A DNA stretch of 32,000 nt from NCBI RefSeq assembly GCF_001306055.1, contig NZ_LGHJ01000013.1, positions 60,001-92,000 on the forward strand, written 5' to 3'. Made by a program: the position numbers and the translations under genes. The DNA comes from Bellilinea caldifistulae. GTDB taxonomy: Bacteria; Chloroflexota; Anaerolineae; Anaerolineales; Anaerolineaceae. Under the pieces are notes generated by a model that was not told the DNA's origin, did not search any database, and was given only the letters and a program-made list of their open reading frames with translations. This document shows, piece after piece, positions 18,944 through 27,063 of the stretch (position 1 is its first letter; every line of letters begins with the position of its first letter).

Positions 18944-20465
18944 GATTTTCCGTTCCTTCTCCCATCGAATAATCGCTCAAGAGCGATTCTACCAGATTAA
19001 ACGCCTCGTCAACGGTGTGAATCTGCCCGGCCGCCTGCGCTTCCCGGACATTTTCCAGTAATCGGCCGAGTTGAGGCCCGGGTTTTAAACCAAACCGATT
19101 CATTAAATCATCCCCGCTAACCAGACGGGGTGGAGCAATGGTCTCGGCACGTTTCTCAAACCAGCTTTCCAGCAATTGCCGACATATTACCAGTTCTCGT
19201 TCCCATCGGGCTGGCGGAATGGTGATACCGTAGGTTGCCAGCGTATCCGCCAGCGAGAGCAGGCAAAGATCCACCCCGCTTTCGCCCAATTCTCGAAAGT
19301 ACCGGTAGATACTTCGCCGACTGACCTGATTGCTGGTTGACGCCAAATGATGAACGCGCATGTGTTCTCTGACCAGCAGCGTGATCCGCTCCACTTCGGG
19401 ATTGGACAGGGCAAACCGGCGGGCAATTTTTTCCACCATTTCCGCCCCATACCGATCATGATTCAGAAAACGAATTCGGCCATCGTCTTGTACTTCCTGA
19501 GCCAGCGGTTTTCCAATGTCATGCAGCAGACCAGTAAAAAAGAGCAATCCGCGTAAACTGCGTTCCGCATGTATGGAGGTTGAAAAGTGGGTCTGTAACT
19601 CCGCACGATAACGGCCCAATGCGAGTGAAGCCATACCCACAAGCAGGTTTTCTCCATTGATAAATTCAGGGCCGTAAACCAGTAATTGATACAGTTCTTC
19701 CAGCCAGCGCAGGGTTTCGAGGGTGTGTTCCCACACTGGCAGAGTATGCGGAGCGGTTTGCTGCACGCCCCTGGTTTGATTGAGTTCCGGAATGAGAACT
19801 TCCAGCACACCAAGGCGATCCATCAGATCAATGGCAGTGTGAATTTGTCTGCCATCCAGCATTTTGAAGAATTCGTCCCGCTGTCTCTCGATAGAAAATT
19901 CAGGCAGTAGCCCAACCGCCGATCGCAGCCTTTGAATGGTTTGTTTTTCAATTTGAAATTCCAGTTGCATGGATAGACGAATTGCCCGTAGAACCCGCAC
20001 TGCATCCTGCTCGAAGGAATGTTCGCTGCAAGCCCGTAAGATCTTTTTCCGCAAGTCCAGGCTGCCGTTGAGAGGATCGAGAATACGACCCTCTTCCATG
20101 AGGTCAATCGCCATGGCATTGACAGTAAAATCACGGGATTTCAAATCCTGCTCGATCTGAAAACCACGCATCCGGGCAAAATCGAGATAATAACGCTGGC
20201 CAGTTGAATTTTGCAAAATGACCCGGCCTGTATTTCGTTCATCATCCAGAATGTAAAAGGCGGCATCCAATTCCCTGGCAATCTGACGTGCAACTTGAAT
20301 GGCATCTCCGCCGACGACGAAATCAAAATCTCGGCTGGAATGACCAAGCAGCAGATCCCGAATGCAGCCACCAACCAGATAAATCCGCTGGTTGTGGCGA
20401 GCTTGACGGCGAACCAACTGATGTACCGCAGGGTCAGGAAACAGACCTTCGAGTGTGATTAGCAT
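18924..20465 (-). CDS. cca: CCA-adding tRNA nucleotidyltransferase / poly(A) polymerase family protein with an HD domain
   Basis: 513 aa. Signatures are GGCIRDLLLG, DFDFVV, RDFTVNAMA, and the HD motif GLLHDIGKP. Confidence 0.8.
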   Translation of the reverse strand: MLITLEGLFPDPAVHQLVRRQARHNQRIYLVGGCIRDLLLGHSSRDFDFVVGGDAIQVARQIARELDAAFYILDDERNTGRVILQNSTGQRYYLDFARMRGFQIEQDLKSRDFTVNAMAIDLMEEGRILDPLNGSLDLRKKILRACSEHSFEQDAVRVLRAIRLSMQLEFQIEKQTIQRLRSAVGLLPEFSIERQRDEFFKMLDGRQIHTAIDLMDRLGVLEVLIPELNQTRGVQQTAPHTLPVWEHTLETLRWLEELYQLLVYGPEFINGENLLVGMASLALGRYRAELQTHFSTSIHAERSLRGLLFFTGLLHDIGKPLAQEVQDDGRIRFLNHDRYGAEMVEKIARRFALSNPEVERITLLVREHMRVHHLASTSNQVSRRSIYRYFRELGESGVDLCLLSLADTLATYGITIPPARWERELVICRQLLESWFEKRAETIAPPRLVSGDDLMNRFGLKPGPQLGRLLENVREAQAAGQIHTVDEAFNLVESLLSDYSMGEGTENHGTKDG

Positions 20466-20477
20466 CCCGTAAAAGCA

Positions 20478-21035
20478 TTATCCTTCGCGGTAGCGATCTT
20501 CGTCCACCACTCCCACAAATGGCAAATTGCGGTACAGTTCATCCAGGTCCAATCCGTACCCAAAAACAAACTTATTGGGAATGGTAAAACCCACATACCG
20601 CAGCGGCACATATACTTCCCGTCGTTCACTTTTATCCAGTAGCGTGCAAACACATAAACTGCGCGGTTTGCGGGCAGAAAGTAAATCTAAAACCGAAGCC
20701 AGCGTCCTGCCGCTGTCAATAATATCCTCAACCAGAATGACATCCTTATCATGGATGTTCATGTTCAAATCGAGGGTAATTCGTACCTGTCCGGTCGATT
20801 CTCGTTTTCCACTGCCATATGACGAGACCGCCATAAACTCAACCGCATGGGGAACGGTGATGTGCCGGATCAAGTCGCTGAGGAAAAGCACGCCTCCGCG
20901 CAGGATGCAAATTAAAACCAGCGCATCCGAATCGCGGTAATCGTGGCTGATGAGGGCGCCTAATTCAGCAACCCTTTTTTGGAGTGCCTCCGGTTCAATC
21001 AATACCTCGGCCAGAAAATCTTTGTAATCCCGCAT
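20478..21035 (-). CDS. hpt: Hypoxanthine(-guanine) phosphoribosyltransferase
   Basis: 185 aa. The PRPP loop is VILVEDIIDSGRTL, and FVFGYGLDLDELYRNLPFV is present. A perfect AAGGAGG lies 5 nt before the ATG. Confidence 0.9.
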   Translation of the reverse strand: MRDYKDFLAEVLIEPEALQKRVAELGALISHDYRDSDALVLICILRGGVLFLSDLIRHITVPHAVEFMAVSSYGSGKRESTGQVRITLDLNMNIHDKDVILVEDIIDSGRTLASVLDLLSARKPRSLCVCTLLDKSERREVYVPLRYVGFTIPNKFVFGYGLDLDELYRNLPFVGVVDEDRYREG

Positions 21036-21056
21036 GATTTCCTCCTTTGGATACGA

Positions 21057-21629
21057 TCACAGGCGCGGCACTTCATGATGTTGACGGCAGCGGGCTTCAT
21101 ACATTTCCGAAGCGCCAACAATGATGACCGGATCATCATATCGAGCCGGTTTTCCATTGACCAGCCGCTGCGTTCGAGAAGCAGGCTCACCGCATACCAT
21201 GCAAATCGCTTGTAATTTATCCACCTTCTCGGCAATAGCCATCAGCACCGGCATACATCCAAACGGTTCACCACGAAAATCGGTATCCAGACCGGCCACA
21301 ATCACACGAATGCCGCGGTCGGCCAGGTGTTGAACGATGGCAGTGATTTCATCATCGAAAAACTGAGCCTCATCCACCGCTACGACGGTTGTATCCTCCT
21401 CCAGAAGCTTGAGGATCTCAGCAGCGCGCTGAATTGGAATGGCGTCATAAGCCGTTCCAGCGTGAGAAGTAACCTGCTCGCTATGATAGCGGTTGTCAAT
21501 CACCGGTTTGAATACTTGAACTTTCTGGCGGGCAATGGTCGCCCGTCGTAATCGGCGGATCATTTCATCCGTCTTACCGCTGAACATGGAACCGGTGATG
21601 ACTTCTATGGATCCTGAATGGTGTTTCAT
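21057..21629 (-). CDS. tdk: Thymidine kinase
   Basis: 190 aa. The P-loop is [23 protein letters not shown] is present, and the C-terminal zinc motif is CMVCGEPA...CRQHH. Confidence 0.92.
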   Translation of the reverse strand: MKHHSGSIEVITGSMFSGKTDEMIRRLRRATIARQKVQVFKPVIDNRYHSEQVTSHAGTAYDAIPIQRAAEILKLLEEDTTVVAVDEAQFFDDEITAIVQHLADRGIRVIVAGLDTDFRGEPFGCMPVLMAIAEKVDKLQAICMVCGEPASRTQRLVNGKPARYDDPVIIVGASEMYEARCRQHHEVPRL

Positions 21630-21699
21630 GTGCTCCTCAACAGGATGGGATGAGATAGTCTGATTTTACTCCAACTTCACGGCTGTAACCCATTTCCCA

Positions 21700-21732
21700 A
21701 ATTAAAAATTTCAGCCCCTTTCGGGGCTGAAA
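21700..21732 (-). terminator. Strong intrinsic terminator downstream of rpmE
   Basis: A 10-bp stem, TTTCAGCCCC-(4-nt loop)-GGGGCTGAAA at 21709-21732, is followed on the minus strand by TTTTTAATTT. It lies 25 nt after the TAA at 21757-21759. Confidence 0.8.
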
Positions 21733-21756
21733 GTCCAATTTTACTCAAGGATTGCC

Positions 21757-22233
21757 TTAGACAACAATATCCTCAGCGGCAGCCGGCAATTCATAGCCCA
21801 GCTGGCGCAGGCGTTTTTTCAAGTCAATCAGCGATTTGCGGCCAAATCCTTCCACTGCCAGCAAAGATGCTTCACCCTCAGCCAGTCGTTCAAGCACCTG
21901 ACCAACAGTTGTCAGACCGGCTTTGATCAATGCCTCGGTCGGGCGATTACCCAATTCAAGTTCCGCCACTGGCCGGGCCGGAGAAGTTCGCGCCATCTCG
22001 CGGGCTTTTTGGGTTTCCACAAATTCCTGCCGGGCCTGCAACCGCTTGTAGAAGCGGTCAACCTGCCCTTCCATGTCCAGAATACGCTGCTGTTGGCCGG
22101 TGAAGAATGGATGGCACTTTGAGCAAACCTCAGTGCGGATTTCCTTCCGGGTTGAGCCTGTCCGCCAGGTATTACCACAAGCACAAATCACCAATGCATC
22201 CGGATAATAAGTCGGGTGAATACCCTTCTTCAT
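21757..22233 (-). CDS. rpmE: Ribosomal protein L31 (zinc-binding type A) with a C-terminal extension of about 90 aa resembling the RNA polymerase alpha C-terminal helix-hairpin-helix domain
   Basis: Residues 1-66 are canonical L31: [17 protein letters not shown]...[22 protein letters not shown]. The frame continues without a stop through a charged linker into [61 protein letters not shown]. The total is 158 aa. Confidence 0.85.
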   Translation of the reverse strand: MKKGIHPTYYPDALVICACGNTWRTGSTRKEIRTEVCSKCHPFFTGQQQRILDMEGQVDRFYKRLQARQEFVETQKAREMARTSPARPVAELELGNRPTEALIKAGLTTVGQVLERLAEGEASLLAVEGFGRKSLIDLKKRLRQLGYELPAAAEDIVV

Positions 22234-22313
22234 TTTCGTCTCACCTTTCTGTGTAAAATACCCTTGCCTTCGACAGAAACCGATTGTTCAGCGATGCAAG
22301 AGCGTTGAAATCG

Positions 22314-22577
22314 TTACTCAGCCTCAACTGGCATTACACTGACGCGCTTCCGGCCGTTGGGTAAGGTCTCAAATACCACCACCCCATCTGCCGTAGCAAA
22401 CAAGGTATCGTCTTTACCCACACCCACATTCAGGCCGGGCTTGATGCGTGTACCGCGCTGGCGCACCAGAATATTACCGGAGAGAACAACCTGACCGGCA
22501 AAGCGCTTTACGCCGAGGCGTTGCGCATTGCTGTCGCGTCCATTTCGACTGGAACCACCACCTTTTTTATGTGCCAT
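22314..22577 (-). CDS. rpmA: Ribosomal protein L27
   Basis: 87 aa. It begins [29 protein letters not shown]. There is no Firmicutes-type N-terminal propeptide. The start lies 5 nt after the rplU stop. Confidence 0.95.
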   Translation of the reverse strand: MAHKKGGGSSRNGRDSNAQRLGVKRFAGQVVLSGNILVRQRGTRIKPGLNVGVGKDDTLFATADGVVVFETLPNGRKRVSVMPVEAE

Positions 22578-22582
22578 TGCGC

Positions 22583-22900
22583 TTACTCCACAAGAATAGA
22601 ATCAACCTTCAACCGGGTATATTGCTGGCGATGTCCCGTTTTGACGCGAATGCGTTTTTTGGGACGATACTTGAAGACGACGATTTTCTTGCCCTTGATG
22701 TGTTCTTCCACAGTCGTCTTCACCTGAGCGCCTTTTACGGTAGGCTTACCAACCAGAACCTTGTCGTCCTCAACGACAAGCAACACGGTATCCAGTGTAA
22801 CCTGATCACCGGGTTGATTACTCAGCCGATCCACTTCAATCGCCGAGCCTTCGACGGCTTTGTACTGTTTGCCGCCACTTTCAACAATTGCGTACTTCAT
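22583..22900 (-). CDS. rplU: Ribosomal protein L21
   Basis: [19 protein letters not shown]... I chose ATG at 22898-22900, with GGAG 10 nt upstream, because it gives the canonical L21 N-terminus. The ORF-track start at 22915 is a TTG that adds 5 residues. Confidence 0.93.
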   Translation of the reverse strand: MKYAIVESGGKQYKAVEGSAIEVDRLSNQPGDQVTLDTVLLVVEDDKVLVGKPTVKGAQVKTTVEEHIKGKKIVVFKYRPKKRIRVKTGHRQQYTRLKVDSILVE

Positions 22901-23020
22901 CGTTTTCGTCTCCAATCTTCACTTCGCCGCCTCACCTGCGCTATCTCTTCATGCGCCGATGGACGGGTAAGTTGGGGTACAGTTTTTTGCCCCAGCGCAG
23001 CTTCAGCCGGGGCTTTTGCG
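22901..23020 (-). promoter_or_regulatory. 5' leader of about 120 nt for the rplU-rpmA operon (candidate ribosomal-protein autoregulatory leader)
   Basis: This is the interval between the predicted TSS (about 7 nt after the TATAAT at 23027-23032) and the rplU ATG. It contains GC-rich pairings, for example GCCCC...GGGGC at roughly 22989-23013. Homology to known L21 leaders was not tested. Confidence 0.4.
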
Positions 23021-23026
23021 GGCATT

Positions 23027-23055
23027 ATTATACGCTTGGTCGGGGCGAATGTCAA
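23027..23055 (-). promoter_or_regulatory. Consensus sigma70 promoter for rplU-rpmA
   Basis: The minus strand reads TTGACA (23050-23055), an exact 17-nt spacer, then TATAAT (23027-23032). It starts only about 20 nt after the yhfC-like stop. Confidence 0.75.
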
Positions 23056-23075
23056 CCATTTTGGCTGATTTTTAC

Positions 23076-23864
23076 TTAACCTGCTGAGACAGCCTGCTGC
23101 TGTTCCTGTCTCTGGCTGCGGATGACAAACCACACAGCCACCCCAGCGCAGACTGCCACCCACAATTCAATCCAGAGGAGCGCAACCCCTGCTGATGCAA
23201 GCAAAACTGCGGGTAAATTAACCAGTGTATGCAACAACACCGCCAGCCAGTAGTAGCGTGCTTGTCGGTTTTTAACTGCGTAAAACACCACCACAGACAA
23301 CCCCAACTGCACGGCTATGGCAAAAACCCGTTCAATTCCACCAACAAGATAGAGATAGGATGATGTCGAAATCAGTTGAGTGCGAATTTGCTCTGCGGCC
23401 AGTCCCAGTTGTGGAGCTACCACCGAGTCAAAGGTGCCGTTATTGATCATCACGCTGAACAGGATCAGGTTCACATAACTCAACCCCACCAGAAAAATGG
23501 CTTCAAAGCCGCCGTGTCCAACTCCATATGCCAGTGCATTTTTGAATTGAAGCCGATTCTTCAGCAGGTATCGAAAACCAATCCACCTTCCGGTTTCCTC
23601 GAACAGGCCGGCCGTGAGGCTTAGGAAAAGAGCCAGAAACCACGGTTGAGCAGCCCATTGTTGATAAAAGGGCTGCTGTCCAAGCCACTGGAGAGCGGGG
23701 ATTCGAAGCATAACTTGCGGAACAAGGAAACCGAGTACGCCAACACCCACCGCCAGCAAGGAAGCTCCGTACCTTCGGATGAAGATAACCGCCAGAACGG
23801 TTGGCAGGGTGAAAACAATCAGTGCAGAAACCAGCATGGCAAGAATAGATCCGGGATTAACCAC
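23076..23864 (-). CDS. YhfC-family (DUF2324-like) polytopic membrane protein, putative intramembrane metalloprotease
   Basis: 262 aa with about 7 TM spans. Motifs are GLFEETGRW, VGHGGFEA and LLHTLVNLP. The GTG start at 23864 has AGGAG 7 nt upstream, inside the 14-nt spacer after selB. Confidence 0.65.
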   Translation of the reverse strand: MVNPGSILAMLVSALIVFTLPTVLAVIFIRRYGASLLAVGVGVLGFLVPQVMLRIPALQWLGQQPFYQQWAAQPWFLALFLSLTAGLFEETGRWIGFRYLLKNRLQFKNALAYGVGHGGFEAIFLVGLSYVNLILFSVMINNGTFDSVVAPQLGLAAEQIRTQLISTSSYLYLVGGIERVFAIAVQLGLSVVVFYAVKNRQARYYWLAVLLHTLVNLPAVLLASAGVALLWIELWVAVCAGVAVWFVIRSQRQEQQQAVSAG

Positions 23865-23878
23865 TTTTTTACTCCTAT

Positions 23879-25780
23879 TTATTTGGTTGGGAACAATTTT
23901 CGACTATCTCCATCCCGTACGGTGATGCGGCGTTGATCCAGATGCTCCAAAAATGGTAGGGCATACTTGCGGCTGGTTGAAAAACGATCGCGAAATTGTG
24001 CGACCGTGATCGAACCATGCTGACGGATCATGGCTTTTACTTCAGCCAGCATTTCCTGATAGGTGTCTGCTCGAAACACCACCTCGGCGGAAACTTGAAT
24101 CAGATCACCCCGATCCACCAGCGCCTGAAAAATCTCATCTCCCACCAGCGCACAGCAGTCTCGAACCGTTGGAGGGTTGTAGGGGGATGCCGAAAATTGA
24201 ACCATGAGCTGGTGTACCAGACGCTCCTGGGGAGGAGAAAATCGAATGGTATGCTGCGGGAGTCGAACGATCAGGTTTTCCTCGACCAATCGTTGCTCAT
24301 TCAGCAAGCCCTGATAAAGGGACTGAAAAACCTTTGGAGGTAAACCAGCGCGGTTCTTAAGCGCTTCGCGGGGTATCCCGCGCTTCAGAGGTGACTGCTG
24401 ATGAAAGTCTCGAACCAAATCAACCAGCCGTTCCTGCTCTCGGTTAAAAATTTTGCGGGTGGTCAACCAACGATTCAAACCTGAGCGACTGCTTTCCTCC
24501 CCAACCACCACCACCCGATTCGATTCCAGCAACCCTTGAAGAACTTCTTGAGCCAGTTGAGCATCCAACCGAGCCGCCTGAAACACTTCTTTTTCGGTGA
24601 GGAAGCCAGCCTGCTGAATGATTTGAACCATAACCCCCAGCGGATCACCCGTACTCAGACCTTTCAATCTTTCCAAAACCTCGGGAGCAAAACGTTTGTA
24701 GCGACGCGGTGAATGAGCCTCCAAAATCAACCCGCCTCCCAGCGTTTCTGGGGGAGATGGACGCCGCAGGATGTAACGGTCTCCCTTGGCAACGACAACT
24801 GGTTGCCGGAACTCAATTTGCACCCAGCCCTCCTCACCAGCCTTCAATTCATCACTGCCCAGCAAGCGCAGCCGGCCGATTACCTCACTGGTGGCGTGGA
24901 AAAACTTAATTTCCATATTGTGCTGCAAGGCTGATTCTATCCCGCTGGCAACCCTGAGTAGCGCATCTACCCGCTGGGTAGGTGAATACAAGCCCGGCAA
25001 TGAAATGACATCGCCGCGTTGGATCTGCTCGGTATTGATTCCGCTGATATTGACCGCGGTTCTGCGTCCCGGTTTCGCGGTTTCTTCTTTACGTTTATGG
25101 GTCTGCAGCCCGCGAATCCGGCCCCTCAATCCGCGCGGAAGCACTTCAATTTCATCACCAACCTTCAAAGAACCATCCTGTAAAGTCCCTGTTACGATCG
25201 TGCCAAAACCGGTCAGGGAAAACACACGGTCAACCGGCAAACGCGGACGTCCGAGGTCCGCCTTTGGCGGTGTTTCTTGCAGACATTCGGACAGGCTCTG
25301 TCTGAGTTCAAGCAGCCCTTCTCCCGTTTTGGCTGAAACCGGCACAATCGGCGCTGAAGCCAGACAAGTATGCTCAACAGCATCGCGAATTTCGCTTTCC
25401 ACCAGTGTCAGCCACTCAGGATCTTCGATTAAATCAATTTTGGTCAGAGCGATTACCCCGCGCTGAATTTGTAGAATATCAAGGATCAATAAGTGTTCAC
25501 GGGTTTGAGGCATAACCCCTTCGTCAGCGGCAATGACAAACAGCACCGCGTCTATCCCACCAACCCCGGCCAGCATGTTTTCGATAAAATCGCGATGACC
25601 CGGCACATCCACGATCCCAACTTCTACGCCACCCGGCAATTCCATCCAGGCAAAGCCAAGATCAATGGTCATTTCGCGAAGTATTTCTTCCTTGAGACGA
25701 TCCGGGTTAATTCCGGTAAGCACTTCGATGAGCGTGGATTTGCCATGATCCACATGACCGGCTGTACCAATCACAAACAT
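23879..25780 (-). CDS. selB: Selenocysteine-specific translation elongation factor SelB
   Basis: The G domain has IGTAGHVDHGKSTL, TIDLGFA, DVPGH and LTKID. The long C-terminal winged-helix region ends ITVAQFRDRFSTSRKYALPFLEHLDQRRIT. I use ATG 25778-25780 (MFVIGTAGH), with GGAG 6 nt upstream. The ORF-track TTG at 25801 would overlap the upstream stop by 4 nt. Confidence 0.9.
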   Translation of the reverse strand: MFVIGTAGHVDHGKSTLIEVLTGINPDRLKEEILREMTIDLGFAWMELPGGVEVGIVDVPGHRDFIENMLAGVGGIDAVLFVIAADEGVMPQTREHLLILDILQIQRGVIALTKIDLIEDPEWLTLVESEIRDAVEHTCLASAPIVPVSAKTGEGLLELRQSLSECLQETPPKADLGRPRLPVDRVFSLTGFGTIVTGTLQDGSLKVGDEIEVLPRGLRGRIRGLQTHKRKEETAKPGRRTAVNISGINTEQIQRGDVISLPGLYSPTQRVDALLRVASGIESALQHNMEIKFFHATSEVIGRLRLLGSDELKAGEEGWVQIEFRQPVVVAKGDRYILRRPSPPETLGGGLILEAHSPRRYKRFAPEVLERLKGLSTGDPLGVMVQIIQQAGFLTEKEVFQAARLDAQLAQEVLQGLLESNRVVVVGEESSRSGLNRWLTTRKIFNREQERLVDLVRDFHQQSPLKRGIPREALKNRAGLPPKVFQSLYQGLLNEQRLVEENLIVRLPQHTIRFSPPQERLVHQLMVQFSASPYNPPTVRDCCALVGDEIFQALVDRGDLIQVSAEVVFRADTYQEMLAEVKAMIRQHGSITVAQFRDRFSTSRKYALPFLEHLDQRRITVRDGDSRKLFPTK

Positions 25781-25797
25781 GGTTTGCTCCAAAACCG

Positions 25798-26976
25798 TCA
25801 ACGCTTGCGGCTGATTGATTTTTCCTGCTCCTCATTCCAATTGCGCACCAGCGCAAGCAAGGATTGCAAACGGCTGGTAGTTTCTTCGGTAATTTGATGG
25901 GAAAAATCCTGAATTTCCTGAATCAAGTCCTCCAGGAGCATCAAACGTTCTTCCAGTTTACCGACCGAGCGGAGCAATTCGCGTTGCTGCTCTTCCTGGG
26001 CAAGGGTGTAATTCGTCCAGCGTTTCTGGTCATCTGCCTTGAAGGAGACCCATTCCTGCCGAAAACGGTCTTCGACCAGGCGCTGCATTTCGGTAATTTC
26101 ATTGATACGCCGTTCAAAGCGATTGGTGATCTCCTCAAAAGCCTCCTGGGCGCGTTTAACCGCCCGCTGAGTGGCTTCCAGCGATTGCAGTTGATTATCA
26201 AGGTTGCTGGATTGCGCCTCAATTTGCTCAAAGCGCACCTGCCAATCTTTCCAAACACGCTCTCTTTCAAGAGCTGCCATGTTCTGTTTTTCCATGAATG
26301 TAATCTGACTCTGCCGGCGTTCACTTTCGGCGGCAACCAGTTCACTGATGCGCATTTCAATTTTTCGCACCGAGTCAGCATTCAGGTCAATTTTGCCGCG
26401 TTGTTCTTCCTGCCGTTTGCGCAACGCGGTCACTTCGCCCTGCAAGTCGGTCAACCGCTTGGCATCCTGTCGCTGGCTTTCTTCCAAAAGTTTGATCTGG
26501 CGTTTGTAATCATCATCTGAACGGCGGATGAGCAGGATTTTTTGCTCCAGCTCTTCAATTTCCCTGCCAAGCCGATTTTCCCCTTCGGCTCTTGCCTGTA
26601 AACTTTTCCGGAGTTCTGGCAGCACTTCCAGGGTTTTCCGGATCTCCCCCAATGAGCGATTAACCGATTCGTTATCAGCCAGACGGATTTTTTCAACTTC
26701 CCGTTCTTTTTCAGCCCGTTGTTTTTCAATGTCTTGAATCATGCGGGTGAGTTCTTGTCTCATTTGCGCCATAGCTGTTTCAATTTGATTGAATCGCAGC
26801 AAAGAAGTCGCGATGCGGGTTACTTCGCCTTCCAATTCCTTGAAGCGCTGGTCAATCGGCTGGGTTTTTTCTTCCAAATGGGCAATGCGATCTTGTAAAG
26901 TTGCCACCAGTAATTTATCCTTCCGGCGTTCGTCCTCCAGCCACTCCAAACGTTTTTCCAGTTGTTCAATATCCAT
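25798..26976 (-). CDS. Soluble protein predicted to be almost entirely coiled coil, function unknown
   Basis: 392 aa. It is extremely rich in E/R/K/Q/L with heptad-like periodicity throughout (MDIEQLEKRLEWLEDERRKDKLL...LEELEQKILLIRR...). It has no TM segment, signal peptide or recognisable catalytic motif. It ends 17 nt before the selB ATG. Confidence 0.7.
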   Translation of the reverse strand: MDIEQLEKRLEWLEDERRKDKLLVATLQDRIAHLEEKTQPIDQRFKELEGEVTRIATSLLRFNQIETAMAQMRQELTRMIQDIEKQRAEKEREVEKIRLADNESVNRSLGEIRKTLEVLPELRKSLQARAEGENRLGREIEELEQKILLIRRSDDDYKRQIKLLEESQRQDAKRLTDLQGEVTALRKRQEEQRGKIDLNADSVRKIEMRISELVAAESERRQSQITFMEKQNMAALERERVWKDWQVRFEQIEAQSSNLDNQLQSLEATQRAVKRAQEAFEEITNRFERRINEITEMQRLVEDRFRQEWVSFKADDQKRWTNYTLAQEEQQRELLRSVGKLEERLMLLEDLIQEIQDFSHQITEETTSRLQSLLALVRNWNEEQEKSISRKR

Positions 26977-27046
26977 GGAAAATCAATCCTCTCATTCCAA
27001 AAATCAGCCTGAAATTCTGCTAATTTCAATGATTGTGGTTGCACTT

Positions 27047-27052
27047 ATTATA
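27047..27052 (-). promoter_or_regulatory. Possible -10 box (TATAAT) upstream of the coiled-coil/selB/yhfC unit
   Basis: The minus strand reads CGTTATAATAAG in the 87-nt gap, about 70 nt before ATG 26976. There is no convincing -35 or TG extension. Confidence 0.3.
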
Positions 27053-27063
27053 ACGAATTCCTC

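Noticed and set aside
22448-23068. A 206-aa plus-strand ORF covering rpmA/rplU and their leader. Similar antisense ORFs lie at 25864-26520 (opposite the coiled-coil gene), 31073-31849 (opposite the dihydropyrimidinase gene) and 13972-14640.
   Set aside because: All of them are mirror-frame ORFs of well-supported minus-strand genes or span promoter regions. None has a translation signal or any family resemblance.
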